From: the human T2T-CHM13v2.0 reference genome, Homo sapiens
Assembly: GCF_009914755.1 (NCBI RefSeq)
Contig: NC_060928.1
Length of the DNA stretch: 64,000 nt
Reading direction: 5' to 3' (one strand)
The notes below the pieces were generated by a model, which saw only the letters and a program-made list of their open reading frames with translations, was not told the DNA's origin and did no database searches. Position 1 is the stretch's first letter, and each line of letters begins with the position of its first letter. Positions 23,725 to 38,700 of the stretch are shown in pieces. A program made the position numbers and the translations under genes.

Positions 23725-26700
23725 CATTCTCAGAAACTTGTTTGTGATGTGTGTATTCAACTAACAGAGTTGAACTTTTGTTTTTACAGAGCCGTTTTAA
23801 AACACTCTTTTTGTGGAATCAGAAAGTGGATATTCGGATGGCTCTGAGGATTTCGTTGGAAGCGGGATTACATATAAAATCTAGAGAGAAGCATTCTCAG
23901 GAACTTCTTTGTGATGTTTGCATTGAAGTCACAGAATTGAACATTCACTTTGATAGAGCAGGTTTGAAACACTCATTCTGTAGTATCTGGAACTGGACAT
24001 TTCAAGCGCTTTCAGGCCTATGGTGAGAAAGGAAATATCTTCGAATAAAAACTAGACAGAAGCATCCTCAGAAACTTATTTGTGATGTGTGTCCTCAACT
24101 AACAGAGTTGAAACTTTGTTTTGATACAGCATTTTGGAAACACTCTTTTTGTAGAATCTGCAGGTGGATATTTGGATAGCTTAGAGGGATTAGTTGGAAA
24201 GGGGATATCTTCATATAAAATCTAGACAGAAGCATTCTCAGAAACTTATTTGTGATGTGTGTCCTCAACTAACAGAGTTGAACCTTGGTTTTGATACAGC
24301 ATTTTGGAAACACTCCTTTTGTAGAATCTGCAGGTGGATATGTGGATAGCTCTGAAGATTTTGTTGGAAACGGGAATTTCTTCATATAAAATCAAACAGA
24401 AGCATTCTCAGAAACTTCTCAGTGATGTTTGCATTCAGCTCATGGAGTTGAACACTTCCGTTCATAGAGCCGGTTTGAAACACTCTTTCTGCACTACCTG
24501 GAAGAGGACATTTCGAGCGCTTTGAGTCCTATGGTGAAAAAGGAAATATCTTCTCATAAAAACCAGAAAGAAGCATTCTCAGAAACTACTTTGTGTTGTG
24601 TGTACTCATGTAACAGTGTTGAACCATCCTTTTGACAGAGCAGTTTTGAAACACTCTTTTTGTAGAATCTGCAAGTGGATATTTGGATAGCTTTGAGGAT
24701 TTCGTTGGAAACGGGATGACATATAATCTCTAGAGAGAAGCATACTCAGGAACTTCTTTGTGATGTTTGCATTCAAGTCACAGAATTGAACATTCCCTTT
24801 CATAGAGCAGGTTTGAAACACTCTTTCTCTAGTATCTGGAAGTGGGCATTTCAAGCGCTTTCAGGCCTATGGAGAGAAAGGAAATACCTTCAAATAAAAA
24901 CTAGACAGAAGCATTCACAGAAACTTATTTGTGATGTGTGTCCTCAACTAACAGAGTTGAACCTTTGTTTTGATACAGCATTTTGGAAACACTCCTTTTG
25001 TAGAATCTGCAGGTGGATATTTGGACAACTTTGAAGATTTCGTTGGAAACCGGAATATCTTCATATAAAATCAAGACAGAAGCATTCTCGGAAACATCTC
25101 TGTGATGTTTGCATTCAACTCAGTAGAGTTGAACACTTCCTTTCATAGAGCAGGTTTGAAACACTCTTTCTGCACTACCTGGAAGCGGACATTTCGAGCG
25201 CTTTGAGGCCTATGGTGAAAAAGGAAATATCTTCTCATAAAAACCAGAAAGAAGCATTCTCAGAAACTTCTTTGTGTTGTGTGTACTCAAGTAACAGTGT
25301 TGAACCTTCCTTTTGACACAGCAGTTTTGAAACACTCTTTTGGTAGAATCTGCAAGTGGATATTTGGATAGCTTTGAGGATTTCGTTGGAAACGGGTTAT
25401 CTTCATATAAAATCCAGACAGGAGCATTCTCAGAAACCTCTTTGTGCTGCATGTCCTCAATTCACAGAGCTGAACCTTTGTTTGGATACAGCATTTTGGA
25501 AACATTCCTTTAGTAGAATCTGCAAGTTGATATTTAGATAGCTTTGAAGATTTCGTTGGAAACGGGAATATCTTCATAGAAAATCTAGACGGAAGCATTC
25601 TCAGAAACTGCTTTGTGATGTTTGCATTCAAGTCACAGAGTTGAATATTCCCTTTTATAGAGTAGGTTTGAAACACTCTTTCGGCACTACCTGGAAGTGG
25701 ATATTTCGAGCTCTTTGAGGCCTATGGTTAAAAGGAAATATCTTCCCATAAAAACTAGACAGAAGCCGTCTCAGAAACTTGTTTGTGATGTGTGTATTCA
25801 ACTAACAGAGTTGAACATTTCTGTTACAGAGCAATTTTAAAACACTCTTTTTGTGGAATCTGAAAGTGGATAATTGGATAGCTTTGTGGATTTCGTTGGA
25901 AACGGGATGACATATAAAATCTAGAGAGAAGCATTCTCAGGAACTTCTTTCTGATGTTTGCATTCAAGTCACAGAATTGAACATTCCTTTTCATAGTGCA
26001 GGTTTGAAACACTCTTTCTGTAGTATCTGGAAGTGGACATTTCAAGCGCTTTCAGGCCTACGGGGAGAAAGGAAATATCTTCAAATAAAAACTAGACAGA
26101 AGGATTCTCAGAAACTTATTTGTGATGTGTGTCCTAAACGAACACAGTTGAACCTTTGTTTTGATACAGCATTTTGGAAACACTCCTTTTGTAGGATCTG
26201 CAGGTGGATATTTGGATAGATTTTAAGATTTCGTTGGAAACGGGAGTTTCTTCATAGAAACTCAAGACAGATGCATTCTCAGAAACATCTCTGTGATGTT
26301 TGCATTCCACTCATAGAGTTGAAAACTTCCTTTCATAGAGCAGGTTTGAAACACTCTTTTTGTAATATTTGGAAGTGGACATTTGCAGCGCTTTGAGGCC
26401 TATGGTGAAAAAGGAAATATCTTCTCATAAAAACCAGAAACAAGCATTCTCAGAAACTTCTTTTTGATGTGTGTACTCAAGTAACAGAGTTGAACCTTCC
26501 TTTTGACACAGCAGTTTTGAAACAATCTTTTTGTAGAATCTGCAAGTGGATATTTGGATAGCTTTGAGGATTTCGTTGGAAACGGGATATCTTCATATAA
26601 AATCTAGACAGAAGCATTCTCAGAAACTTCTTTGTGCTGTATGCCCTCAATTAACAGAGTTGAACCATTGGATACAGCATTTTGGAAACATTCCTTGAGT

Positions 26701-26952
26701 AGAATCTGCAAGTTGATATTTAGATAGATTTGAAGATTTCATTGGAAAAGGGAATATCTCCATATAAAATCTAGAGGGAAGCATTCTCAGAAACTGCTTT
26801 GTGATGTTTCCATTCAAGTCACAGAGTTGAATATTCCCTTTTATAGAGCACGTTTGAAACACTCTTTCTGCACTATCTGGAAGTGGACATTTCGAGCGCT
26901 TTGAGGCCTATGGTGAAAAAGGAAATATCTTCCCATAAAAACTAGACAGAAG
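23725..26952 (+). repeat. 19-mer HOR (3228 bp)
   Basis: Spacing 23751 to 26979. Confidence 0.95.
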
Positions 26953-29900
26953 CATTCTCAGAAACTTGTTTGTGATGTGTGTATTCAACTAACAGAGTTG
27001 AACTTTTGTTTTTACAGAGCCGTTTTAAAACACTCTTTTTGTGGAATCAGAAAGTGGATATTCGGATGGCTCTGAGGATTTCGTTGGAAGCGGGATTACA
27101 TATAAAATCTAGAGAGAAGCATTCTCAGGAACTTCTTTGTGATGTTTGCATTGAAGTCACAGAATTGAACATTCACTTTGATAGAGCAGGTTTGAAACAC
27201 TCATTCTGTAGTATCTGGAACTGGACATTTCAAGCGCTTTCAGGCCTATGGTGAGAAAGGAAATATCTTCGAATAAAAACTAGACAGAAGCATCCTCAGA
27301 AACTTATTTGTGATGTGTGTCCTCAACTAACAGAGTTGAAACTTTGTTTTGATACAGCATTTTGGAAACACTCTTTTTGTAGAATCTGCAGGTGGATATT
27401 TGGATAGCTTAGAGGGATTCGTTGGAAAGGGGATATCTTCATATAAAATCTAGACAGAAGCATTCTCAGAAACTTATTTGTGATGTGTGTCCTCAACTAA
27501 CAGAGTTGAACCTTGGTTTTGATACAGCATTTTGGAAACACTCCTTTTGTAGAATCTGCAGGTGGATATGTGGATAGCTCTGAAGATTTCGTTGGAAACG
27601 GGATTTCTTCATATAAAATCAAACAGAAGCATTCTCAGAAACTTCTCAGTGATGTTTGCATTCAGCTCATGGAGTTGAACACTTCCTTTCATAGAGCCGG
27701 TTTGAAACACTCTTTCTGCACTACCTGGAAGAGGACATTTCGAGCGCTTTGAGTCCTATGGTGAAAAAGGAAATATCTTCTCATAAAAACCAGAAAGAAG
27801 CATTCTCAGAAACTACTTTGTGTTGTGTGTACTCATGTAACAGTGTTGAACCATCCTTTTGACAGAGCAGTTTTGAAACACTCTTTTTGTAGAATCTGCA
27901 AGTGGATATTTGGATAGCTTTGAGGATTTCGTTGGAAACGGGATGACATATAATCTCTAGAGAGAAGCATACTCAGGAACTTCTTTGTGATGTTTGCATT
28001 CAAGTCACAGAATTGAACATTCCCTTTCATAGAGCAGGTTTGAAACACTCTTTCTCTAGTATCTGGAAGTGGGCATTTCAAGCGCTTTCAGGCCTATGGA
28101 GAGAAAGGAAATACCTTCAAATAAAAACTAGACAGAAGCATTCTCAGAAACTTATTTGTGATGTGTGTCCTCAACTAACAGAGTTGAACCTTTGTTTTGA
28201 TACAGCATTTTGGAAACACTCCTTTTGTAGAATCTGCAGGTGGATATTTGGATAACTTTGAAGATTTCGTTGGAAACCGGAATATCTTCATATAAAATCA
28301 AGACAGAAGCATTCTCGGAAACATCTCTGTGATGTTTGCATTCAACTCAGTAGAGTTGAACACTTCCTTTCATAGAGCAGGTTTGAAACACTCTTTCTGC
28401 ACTACCTGGAAGCGGACATTTCGAGCGCTTTGAGGCCTATGGTGAAAAAGGAAATATCTTCTCATAAAAACCAGAAAGAAGCATTCTCAGAAACTTCTTT
28501 GTGTTGTGTGTACTCAAGTAACAGTGTTGAACCTTCCTTTTGACACAGCAGTTTTGAAACACTCTTTTGGTAGAATCTGCAAGTGGATATTTGGATAGCT
28601 TTGAGGATTTCGTTGGAAACGGGTTATCTTCATATAAAATCCAGACAGGAGCATTCTCAGAAACTTCTTTGTGCTGCATGTCCTCAATTCACAGAGCTGA
28701 ACCTTTGTTTGGATACAGCATTTTGGAAACATTCCTTTAGTAGAATCTGCAAGTTGATATTTAGATAGCTTTGAAGATTTCGTTGGAAACGGGAATATCT
28801 TCATAGAAAATCTAGACGGAAGCATTCTGAGAAACTGCTTTGTGATGTTTGCATTCAAGTCACAGAGTTGAATATTCCCTTTTATAGAGTAGGTTTGAAA
28901 CACTCTTTCGGCACTACCTGGAAGTGGATATTTCGAGCTCTTTGAGGCCTATGGTTAAAAGGAAATATCTTCCCATAAAAACTAGACAGAAGCCGTCTCA
29001 GAAACTTGTTTGTGATGTGTGTATTCAACTAACAGAGTTGAACATTTCTGTTACAGAGCAATTTTAAAACACTCTTTTTGTGGAATCTGAAAGTGGATAA
29101 TTGGATAGCTTTGTGGATTTCGTTGGAAACGGGATGACATATAAAATCTAGAGAGAAGCATTCTCAGGAACTTCTTTCTGATGTTTGCATTCAAGTCACA
29201 GAATTGAACATTCCTTTTCATAGTGCAGGTTTGAAACACTCTTTCTGTAGTATCTGGAAGTGGACATTTCAAGCGCTTTCAGGCCTACGGGGAGAAAGGA
29301 AATATCTTCAAATAAAAACTAGACAGAAGGATTCTCAGAAACTTATTTGTGATGTGTGTCCTAAACGAACACAGTTGAACCTTTGTTTTGATACAGCATT
29401 TTGGAAACACTCCTTTTGTAGGATCTGCAGGTGGATATTTGGATAGATTTTAAGATTTCGTTGGAAACGGGAGTTTCTTCATAGAAACTCAAGACAGATG
29501 CATTCTCAGAAACATCTCTGTGATGTTTGCATTCCACTCATAGAGTTGAAAACTTCCTTTCATAGAGCAGGTTTGAAACACTCTTTTTGTAATATTTGGA
29601 AGTGGACATTTGCAGCACTTTGAGGCCTATGGTGAAAAAGGAAATATCTTCTCATAAAAACCAGAAACAAGCATTCTCAGAAACTTCTTTTTGATGTGTG
29701 TACTCAAGTAACAGAGTTGAACCTTCCTTTTGACACAGCAGTTTTGAAACAATCTTTTTGTAGAATCTGCAAGTGGATATTTGGATAGCTTTGAGGATTT
29801 CGTTGCAAACGGGATATCTTCATATAAAACCTAGACAGAAGCATTCTCAGAAACTTCTTTGTGCTGTATGTCCTCAATTAACAGAGTTGAACCATTGCTT

Positions 29901-30183
29901 GGATACAGCATTTTGGAAACATTCTTTTAGTAGAATCTGCAAGTTGATATTTAGATAGATTTGAAGATTTCGTTGGAAACGGGAATATCTTCATAGAAAA
30001 TCTAGATGGAAGCATTCTCAGAAACTGTTTTGTGATGTTTCCATTCAAGTCACAGAGTTGAATATTCTCTTTTATAGAGCACGTTTGAAACACTCTTTCT
30101 GCACTATCTGGAAGTGGACATTTCGAGCGCTTTGAGGCCTATGGTGAAAAAGGAAATATCTTCCCATAAAAACTAGACAGAAG
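26953..30183 (+). repeat. 19-mer HOR (3231 bp); last monomers switch to the diverged haplotype
   Basis: Spacing 26979 to 30210; 1-bp deletion near 27603 (GGGATTTC vs GGGAATTTC). Confidence 0.93.
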
Positions 30184-32566
30184 CATTCTCAGAAAATTGT
30201 TTGTGATGTGTGTATTCAACTAACAGACTTGAACTTTTGTTTTTACAGAGCAGTTTTAAAACACTCTTTTTGTGGAATCAGAAAGTGGATATTCGGATGG
30301 CTCTGAGGATTTCGTTGGAAGCGGGATTACATATAAAATCTAGAGAGAAGCATTCTCAGGAACTTCTTTGTGATGTTTGCATTGAAGTCACAGAATTGAA
30401 CATTCACTTTTATAGAGTAGGTTTGAAACACTCATTCTGTAGTATCTGGAAGTGGACATTTCAAGCGTTTTCAGGCCTATGGTGAGAAAGGAAATACCTT
30501 CAAATAAAAACTAGACAGAAGCATCCTCAGAAACTTATTTGTGATGTGTGTCCTCAACTAACAGAGTTGAACCTTTGTTTTGATACATCATTTTGGAAAC
30601 ACTCCTTTTGTAAAATCTGCAGGTGGATATTTGGATAGCTTTGAAGATTTCGTTGGAAACCGGAATATCTTCATGTAAAATCAAGACAGAAGCATTCTCG
30701 GAAACATCTCTGTGATGTTTGCATTCAACTCAGTAGAGTTGAACACTTCCTTTCATAGAGCAGGTTTGAAACACTCTTTCTGCACTACCTGGAAGCGGAC
30801 ATTTCGGGCGCTTTGAGGCCTCTGGTGAAAAAGGAAATATCTTCTCATAAAAACCAGAAAGAAGCATTCTCAGAAACTTCTTTGTGTTGTGTGTACTCAA
30901 GTAACAGTGTTGAACCTTCCTTTGACAGAGCAGTTTTGAAACACTCTTTTGGTAGAATCTGCAAGTGGATATTTGGAGAGCTTTGAGGATTTCGTTGGAA
31001 ACGGGTTATCTTCATATAAAATCCAGACAGGAGCATTCTCAGAAACTTCTTTGTGCTGTATGTCCTCAATTCACAGAGCTGAACCTTTGTTTGGATACAG
31101 CATTTTGGAGACATTCCTTTAGTAGAATCTGCAAGTTGATATTTAGATAGCTTTGAAGATTTCGTTGGAAACGGGAATATCTTCATAGAAAATCTAGACG
31201 GAAGCATTCTCCTAAACTGCTTTGTGATGCTTGCATTCAAGTCACAGAGATGAATATTCCCTTTTATAGAGTTGGTTTGAAACACTCTTTCGGCACTACC
31301 TGGAAGTGGATATTTCGAGCTCTTTGAGGCCTATGGTTAAAAGGAAATATCTTCCCATAAAAACTAGACAGAAGCCGTCTCAGAAACTTGTTTGTGATGT
31401 GTGTATTCAACTAACAGAGCTGAACATTTCTGTTACAGAGCAATTTTAAAACACTCTTTTTGTGGAATCTGAAAGTGGATAATTGGATAGCTTTGTGGAT
31501 TTCGTTGGAAACGGGATGACGTATAAAATCTAGAGAGAAGCATTCTCAGTAACTTCTTTCTGATGTTTGCATTCAAGTCACAGAATTGAACATTCCTTTT
31601 CATAGTGCAGGTTTGAAACATTCTTTCTGTAGTATCTGGAAGTGGACATTTCAAGCGCTTTCAGGCCTATGGGGAGAAAGGAAATATCTTCAAATTAAAA
31701 ACTAGACAGAAGGATTCTCAGAAACTTATTTGTGATGTGTGTCCTAAACGAACACAGTTGAACCTTTGTTTTGATACAGCATTTTGGAAACACTCCTTTT
31801 GTAGAATCTGCAGGTGGATATTTGGATAGATTTTAAGATTTCGTTGGAAACGGGAATTTCTTCATATAAACTCAAAAGAGATGCATTCTCAGAAACTTCT
31901 CTGTGATGTTTGCATTCCACTCATAGAGTTGAAAACTTCCTTTCATAGAGCACGCTTGAAACACTCTTTTTGTAATATTTGGAAGTGGACATTTGCAGCG
32001 CTTTGAGGCCTATGGTGAAAAAGGAAATATCTTCTCATAAAAACCAGAAACAAGCATTCTCAGAAACTTCTTTTTGATGTGTGTACTCAAGTAACAGAGT
32101 TGAACCTTCCTTTTGACACAGCAGTTTTGAAACAATCTTTTTGTAGAATCTGCAAGTGGATATTTGGATAGCTTTGAGGATTTCGTTGGAAACGGGATAT
32201 CTTCATATAAAATCTAGACAGAAGCATTCTCAGAAACTTCTTTGTGCTGTATGTCCTCAATTAACAGAGTTGAACCATTGCTTGGATACAGCATTTTGGA
32301 AACATTCCTTGAGTAGAATCTGCAAGTTGATATTTAGATAGATTTGAAGATTTCGTTGGAAAAGGGAATATCTCCATATAAAATCTAGAGGGAAGCATTC
32401 TCAGAAACTGCTTTGTGATGTTTCCATTCAAGTCACAGAGTTGAATATTCCCTTTTATAGAGCACGTTTGAAACACTCTTTCTGCACTATCTGGAAGTGG
32501 ACATTTCGAGCGCTTTGAGGCCTATGGTGAAAAAGGAAATATCTTCCCATAAAAACTAGACAGAAG
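30184..32566 (+). repeat. 14-mer HOR variant (2383 bp), most diverged unit in the window
   Basis: Spacing 30210 to 32593; many SNVs not seen in other units. Confidence 0.93.
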
Positions 32567-35500
32567 CATTCTCAGAAACTTGTTTGTGATGTGTGTATTC
32601 AACTAACAGAGTTGAACTTTTGTTTTTACAGAGCCGTTTTAAAACACTCTTTTTGTGGAATCAGAAAGTGGATATTCGGATGGCTCTGAGGATTTCGTTG
32701 GAAGCGGGATTACATATAAAATCTAGAGAGAAGCATTCTCAGGAACTTCTTTGTGATGTTTGCATTGAAGTCACAGAATTGAACATTCACTTTGATAGAG
32801 CAGGTTTGAAACACTCATTCTGTAGTATCTGGAAGTGGACATTTCAAGCGCTTTCAGGCCTATGGTGAGAAAGGAAATATCTTCGAATAAAAACTAGACA
32901 GAAGCATCCTCAGAAACTTATTTGTGATGTGTGTCCTCAACTAACAGAGTTGAAACTTTGTTTTGATACAGCATTTTGGAAACACTCTTTTTGTAGAATC
33001 TGCAGGTGGATATTTGGATAGCTTAGAGGGATTCGTTGGAAAGGGGATATCTTCATATAAAATCTAGACAGAAGCATTCTCAGAAACTTATTTGTGATGT
33101 GTGTCCTCAACTAACAGAGTTGAACCTTGGTTTTGATACAGCATTTTGGAAACACTCCTTTTGTAGAATCTGCAGGTGGATATGTGGATAGCTCTGAAGA
33201 TTTCGTTGGAAACGGGAATTTCTTCATATAAAATCAAACAGAAGCATTCTCAGAAACTTCTCAGTGATGTTTGCATTCAGCTCATGGAGTTGAACACTTC
33301 CTTTCATAGAGCCGGTTTGAAACACTCTTTCTGCACTACCTGGAAGAGGACATTTCGAGCGCTTTGAGTCCTATGGTGAAAAAGGAAATATCTTCTCATA
33401 AAAACCAGAAAGAAGCATTCTCAGAAACTACTTTGTGTTGTGTGTACTCATGTAACAGTGTTGAACCATCCTTTTGACAGAGCAGTTTTGAAACACTCTT
33501 TTTGTAGAATCTGCAAGTGGATATTTGGATAGCTTTGAGGATTTCGTTGGAAACGGGATGACATATAATCTCTAGAGAGAAGCATACTCAGGAACTTCTT
33601 TGTGATGTTTGCATTCAAGTCACAGAATTGAACATTCCCTTTCATAGAGCAGGTTTGAAACACTCTTTCTCTAGTATCTGGAAGTGGGCATTTCAAGCGC
33701 TTTCAGGCCTATGGAGAGAAAGGAAATACCTTCAAATAAAAACTAGACAGAAGCATTCTCAGAAACTTATTTGTGATGTGTGTCCTCAACTAACAGAGTT
33801 GAACCTTTGTTTTGATACAGCATTTTGGAAACACTCCTTTTGTAGAATCTGCAGGTGGATATTTGGATAACTTTGAAGATTTCGTTGGAAACCGGAATAT
33901 CTTCATATAAAATCAAGACAGAAGCATTCTCGGAAACATCTCTGTGATGTTTGCATTCAACTCAGTAGAGTTGAACACTTCCTTTCATAGAGCAGGTTTG
34001 AAACACTCTTTCTGCACTACCTGGAAGCGGACATTTCGAGCGCTTTGAGGCCTATGGTGAAAAAGGAAATATCTTCTCATAAAAACCAGAAAGAAGCATT
34101 CTCAGAAACTTCTTTGTGTTGTGTGTACTCAAGTAACAGTGTTGAACCTTCCTTTTGACACAGCAGTTTTGAAACACTCTTTTGGTAGAATCTGCAAGTG
34201 GATATTTGGATAGCTTTGAGGATTTCGTTGGAAACGGGTTATCTTCATATAAAATCCAGACAGGAGCATTCTCAGAAACTTCTTTGTGCTGCATGTCCTC
34301 AATTCACAGAGCTGAACCTTTGTTTGGATACAGCATTTTGGAAACATTCCTTTAGTAGAATCTGCAAGTTGATATTTAGATAGCTTTGAAGATTTCGTTG
34401 GAAACGGGAATATCTTCATAGAAAATCTAGACGGAAGCATTCTCAGAAACTGCTTTGTGATGTTTGCATTCAAGTCACAGAGTTGAATATTCCCTTTTAT
34501 AGAGTAGGTTTGAAACACTCTTTCGGCACTACCTGGAAGTGGATATTTCGAGCTCTTTGAGGCCTATGGTTAAAAGGAAATATCTTCCCATAAAAACTAG
34601 ACAGAAGCCGTCTCAGAAACTTGTTTGTGATGTGTGTATTCAACTAACAGAGTTGAACATTTCTGTTACAGAGCAATTTTAAAACACTCTTTTTGTGGAA
34701 TCTGAAAGTGGATAATTGGATAGCTTTGTGGATTTCGTTGGAAACGGGATGACATATAAAATCTAGAGAGAAGCATTCTCAGGAACTTCTTTCTGATGTT
34801 TGCATTCAAGTCACAGAATTGAACATTCCTTTTCATAGTGCAGGTTTGAAACACTCTTTCTGTAGTATCTGGAAGTGGACATTTCAAGCGCTTTCAGGCC
34901 TACGGGGAGAAAGGAAATATCTTCAAATAAAAACTAGACAGAAGGATTCTCAGAAACTTATTTGTGATGTGTGTCCTAAACGAACACAGTTGAACCTTTG
35001 TTTTGATACAGCATTTTGGAAACACTCCTTTTGTAGGATCTGCAGGTGGATATTTGGATAGATTTTAAGATTTCGTTGGAAACGGGAGTTTCTTCATAGA
35101 AACTCAAGACAGATGCATTCTCAGAAACATCTCTGTGATGTTTGCATTCCACTCATAGAGTTGAAAACTTCCTTTCATAGAGCAGGTTTGAAACACTCTT
35201 TTTGTAATATTTGGAAGTGGACATTTGCAGCACTTTGAGGCCTATGGTGAAAAAGGAAATATCTTCTCATAAAAACCAGAAACAAGCATTCTCAGAAACT
35301 TCTTTTTGATGTGTGTACTCAAGTAACAGAGTTGAACCTTCCTTTTGACACAGCAGTTTTGAAACAATCTTTTTGTAGAATCTGCAAGTGGATATTTGGA
35401 TAGCTTTGAGGATTTTGTTGGAAACGGGATATCTTCATATAAAATCTAGACAGAAGCATTCTCAGAAACTTCTTTGTGCTGTATGCCCTCAATTAACAGA

Positions 35501-35794
35501 GTTGAACCATTGGATACAGCATTTTGGAAACATTCCTTGAGTAGAATCTGCAAGTTGATATTTAGATAGATTTGAAGATTTCATTGGAAAAGGGAATATC
35601 TCCATATAAAATCTAGAGGGAAGCATTCTCAGAAACTGCTTTGTGATGTTTCCATTCAAGTCACAGAGTTGAATATTCCCTTTTATAGAGCACGTTTGAA
35701 ACACTCTTTCTGCACTATCTGGAAGTGGACATTTCGAGCGCTTTGAGGCCTATGGTGAAAAAGGAAATATCTTCCCATAAAAACTAGACAGAAG
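32567..35794 (+). repeat. 19-mer HOR (3228 bp)
   Basis: Spacing 32593 to 35821. Confidence 0.95.
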
Positions 35795-38700
35795 CATTCT
35801 CAGAAACTTGTTTGTGATGTGTGTATTCAACTAACAGAGTTGAACTTTTGTTTTTACAGAGCCGTTTTAAAACACTCTTTTTGTGGAATCAGAAAGTGGA
35901 TATTCGGATGGCTCTGAGGATTTCGTTGGAAGCGGGATTACATATAAAATCTAGAGAGAAGCATTCTCAGGAACTTCTTTGTGATGTTTGCATTGAAGTC
36001 ACAGAATTGAACATTCACTTTGATAGAGCAGGTTTGAAACACTCATTCTGTAGTATCTGGAACTGGACATTTCAAGCGCTTTCAGGCCTATGGTGAGAAA
36101 GGAAATATCTTCGAATAAAAACTAGACAGAAGCATCCTCAGAAACTTATTTGTGATGTGTGTCCTCAACTAACAGAGTTGAAACTTTGTTTTGATACAGC
36201 ATTTTGGAAACACTCTTTTTGTAGAATCTGCAGGTGGATATTTGGATAGCTTAGAGGGATTCGTTGGAAAGGGGATATCTTCATATAAAATCTAGACAGA
36301 AGCATTCTCAGAAACTTATTTGTGATGTGTGTCCTCAACTAACAGAGTTGAACCTTGGTTTTGATACAGCATTTTGGAAACACTCCTTTTGTAGAATCTG
36401 CAGGTGGATATGTGGATAGCTCTGAAGATTTCGTTGGAAACGGGAATTTCTTCATATAAAATCAAACAGAAGCATTCTCAGAAACTTCTCAGTGATGTTT
36501 GCATTCAGCTCATGGAGTTGAACACTTCCTTTCATAGAACCGGTTTGAAACACTCTTTCTGCACTACCTGGAAGAGGACATTTCGAGCGCTTTGAGTCCT
36601 ATGGTGAAAAAGGAAATATCTTCTCATAAAAACCAGAAAGAAGCATTCTCAGAAACTTCTTGGTGTTGTGTGTACTCATGTAACAGTGTTGAACCATCCT
36701 TTTGACAGAGCAGTTTTGAAACACTCTTTTTGTAGAATCTGCAAGTGGATATTTGGATAGCTTTGAGGATTTCGTTGGAAACGGGATGACATATAATATC
36801 TAGAGAGAAGCATTCTCAGGAACTTCTTTGTGATGTTTGCATTCAAGTCACAGAATTGAACATTCCCTTTCATAGAGCAGGTTTGAAACACTCTTTCTCT
36901 AGTATCTGGAAGTGGGCATTTCAAGCGCTTTCAGGCCTATGGAGAGAAAGGAAATACCTTCAAATAAAAACTAGACAGAAGCTTTCTCAGAAACTTATTT
37001 GTGATGTGTGTCCTCAACTAACAGAGTTGAACCTTGGTTTTGATACAGCATTTTGGAAACGCTCCTTTTGTAGAATCTGCAGGTGGATATGTGGATAGCT
37101 CTGAAGATTTCGTTGGAAACGGGAATTTCTTCATATAAAATCAAACAGAAGCATTCTCAGAAACTTCTCAGTGATGTTTGCATTCAGCTCATGGAGTTGA
37201 ACACTTCCTTTCATAGAACCGGTTTGAAACACTCTTTCTGCACTACCTGGAAGAGGACATATCGAGCGCTTTGAGGCCTATGGTGAAAAAGGAAATATCT
37301 TCTCATAAAAACCAGAAAGAAGCATTCTCAGAAACTTCTTTGTGTTGTGTGTACTCATGTAACAGTGTTGAACCATCCTTTTGACAGAGCAGTTTTGAAA
37401 CACTCTTTTTGTAGAATCTGCAAGTGGATATTTGGATAGCTTTGAGGATTTCGTTGGAAACGGGATGACATATAATATCTAGAGAGAAGCATTCTCAGGA
37501 ACTTCTTTGTGATGTTTGCATTCAAGTCACAGAATTGAACATTCCCTTTCATAGAGCAGGTTTGAAACACTCTTTCTCTAGTATCTGGAAGTGGGCATTT
37601 CAAGCGCTTTCAGGCCTATGGAGAGAAAGGAAATACCTTCAAATAAAAACTAGACAGAAGCATTCTCAGAAACTTATTTGTGATGTGTGTCCTCAACTAA
37701 CAGAGTTGAACCTTTGTTTTGATACAGCATTTTGGAAACACTCCTTTTGTAGAATCTGCAGGTGGATATTTGGATAACTTTGAAGATTTCATTGGAAACC
37801 GGAATATCTTCATATAAAATCAAGACAGAAGCATTCTCGGAAACATCTCTGTGATGTTTGCATTCAACTCAGTAGAGTTGAACACTTCCTTTCATAGAGC
37901 CGGTTTGAAACACTCTTTCTGCACTACCTGGAAGCGGACATTTCGAGCGCTTTGAGGCCTATGGTGAAAAAGGAAATATCTTCTCATAAAAACCAGAAAG
38001 AAGCATTCTCAGAAACTTCTTTGTGTTGTGTGTACTCAAGTAACAGTGTTGAACCTTCCTTTTGACACAGCAGTTTTGAAACACTCTTTTGGTAGAATCT
38101 GCAAGTGGATATTTGGATAGCTTTGAGGATTTCGTTGGAAACGGGTTATCTTCATATAAAATCCAGACAGGAGCATTCTCAGAAACTTCTTTGTGCTGCA
38201 TGTCCTCAATTCACAGAGCTGAACCTTTGTTTGGATACAGCATTTTGGAAACATTCCTTTAGTAGAATCTGCAAGTTGATATTTAGATAGCTTTGAAGAT
38301 TTCGTTGGAAACGGGAATATCTTCATAGAAAATCTAGACGGAAGCATTCTCAGAAACTGCTTTGTGATGTTTGCATTCAAGTCACAGAGTTGAATATTCC
38401 CTTTTATAGAGTAGGTTTGAAACACTCTTTCGGCACTACCTGGAAGTGGATATTTCGAGCTCTTTGAGGCCTATGGTTAAAAGGAAATATCTTCCCATAA
38501 AAACTAGACAGAAGCCGTCTCAGAAACTTGTTTGTGATGTGTGTATTCAACTACCAGAGTTGAACATTTCTGTTACAGAGCAATTTTAAAACACTCTTTT
38601 TGTGGAATCTGAAAGTGGATAATTGGATAGCTTTGTGGATTTCGTTGGAAACGGGATGACGTATAAAATCTAGAGAGAACCATTCTCAGGAACTTCTTTC

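Noticed and set aside
30845-31285. Longest ORF (146 aa), unique in the track
   Set aside because: It is the usual 129-aa satellite frame extended by a 1-bp deletion near 30921 in the diverged unit.
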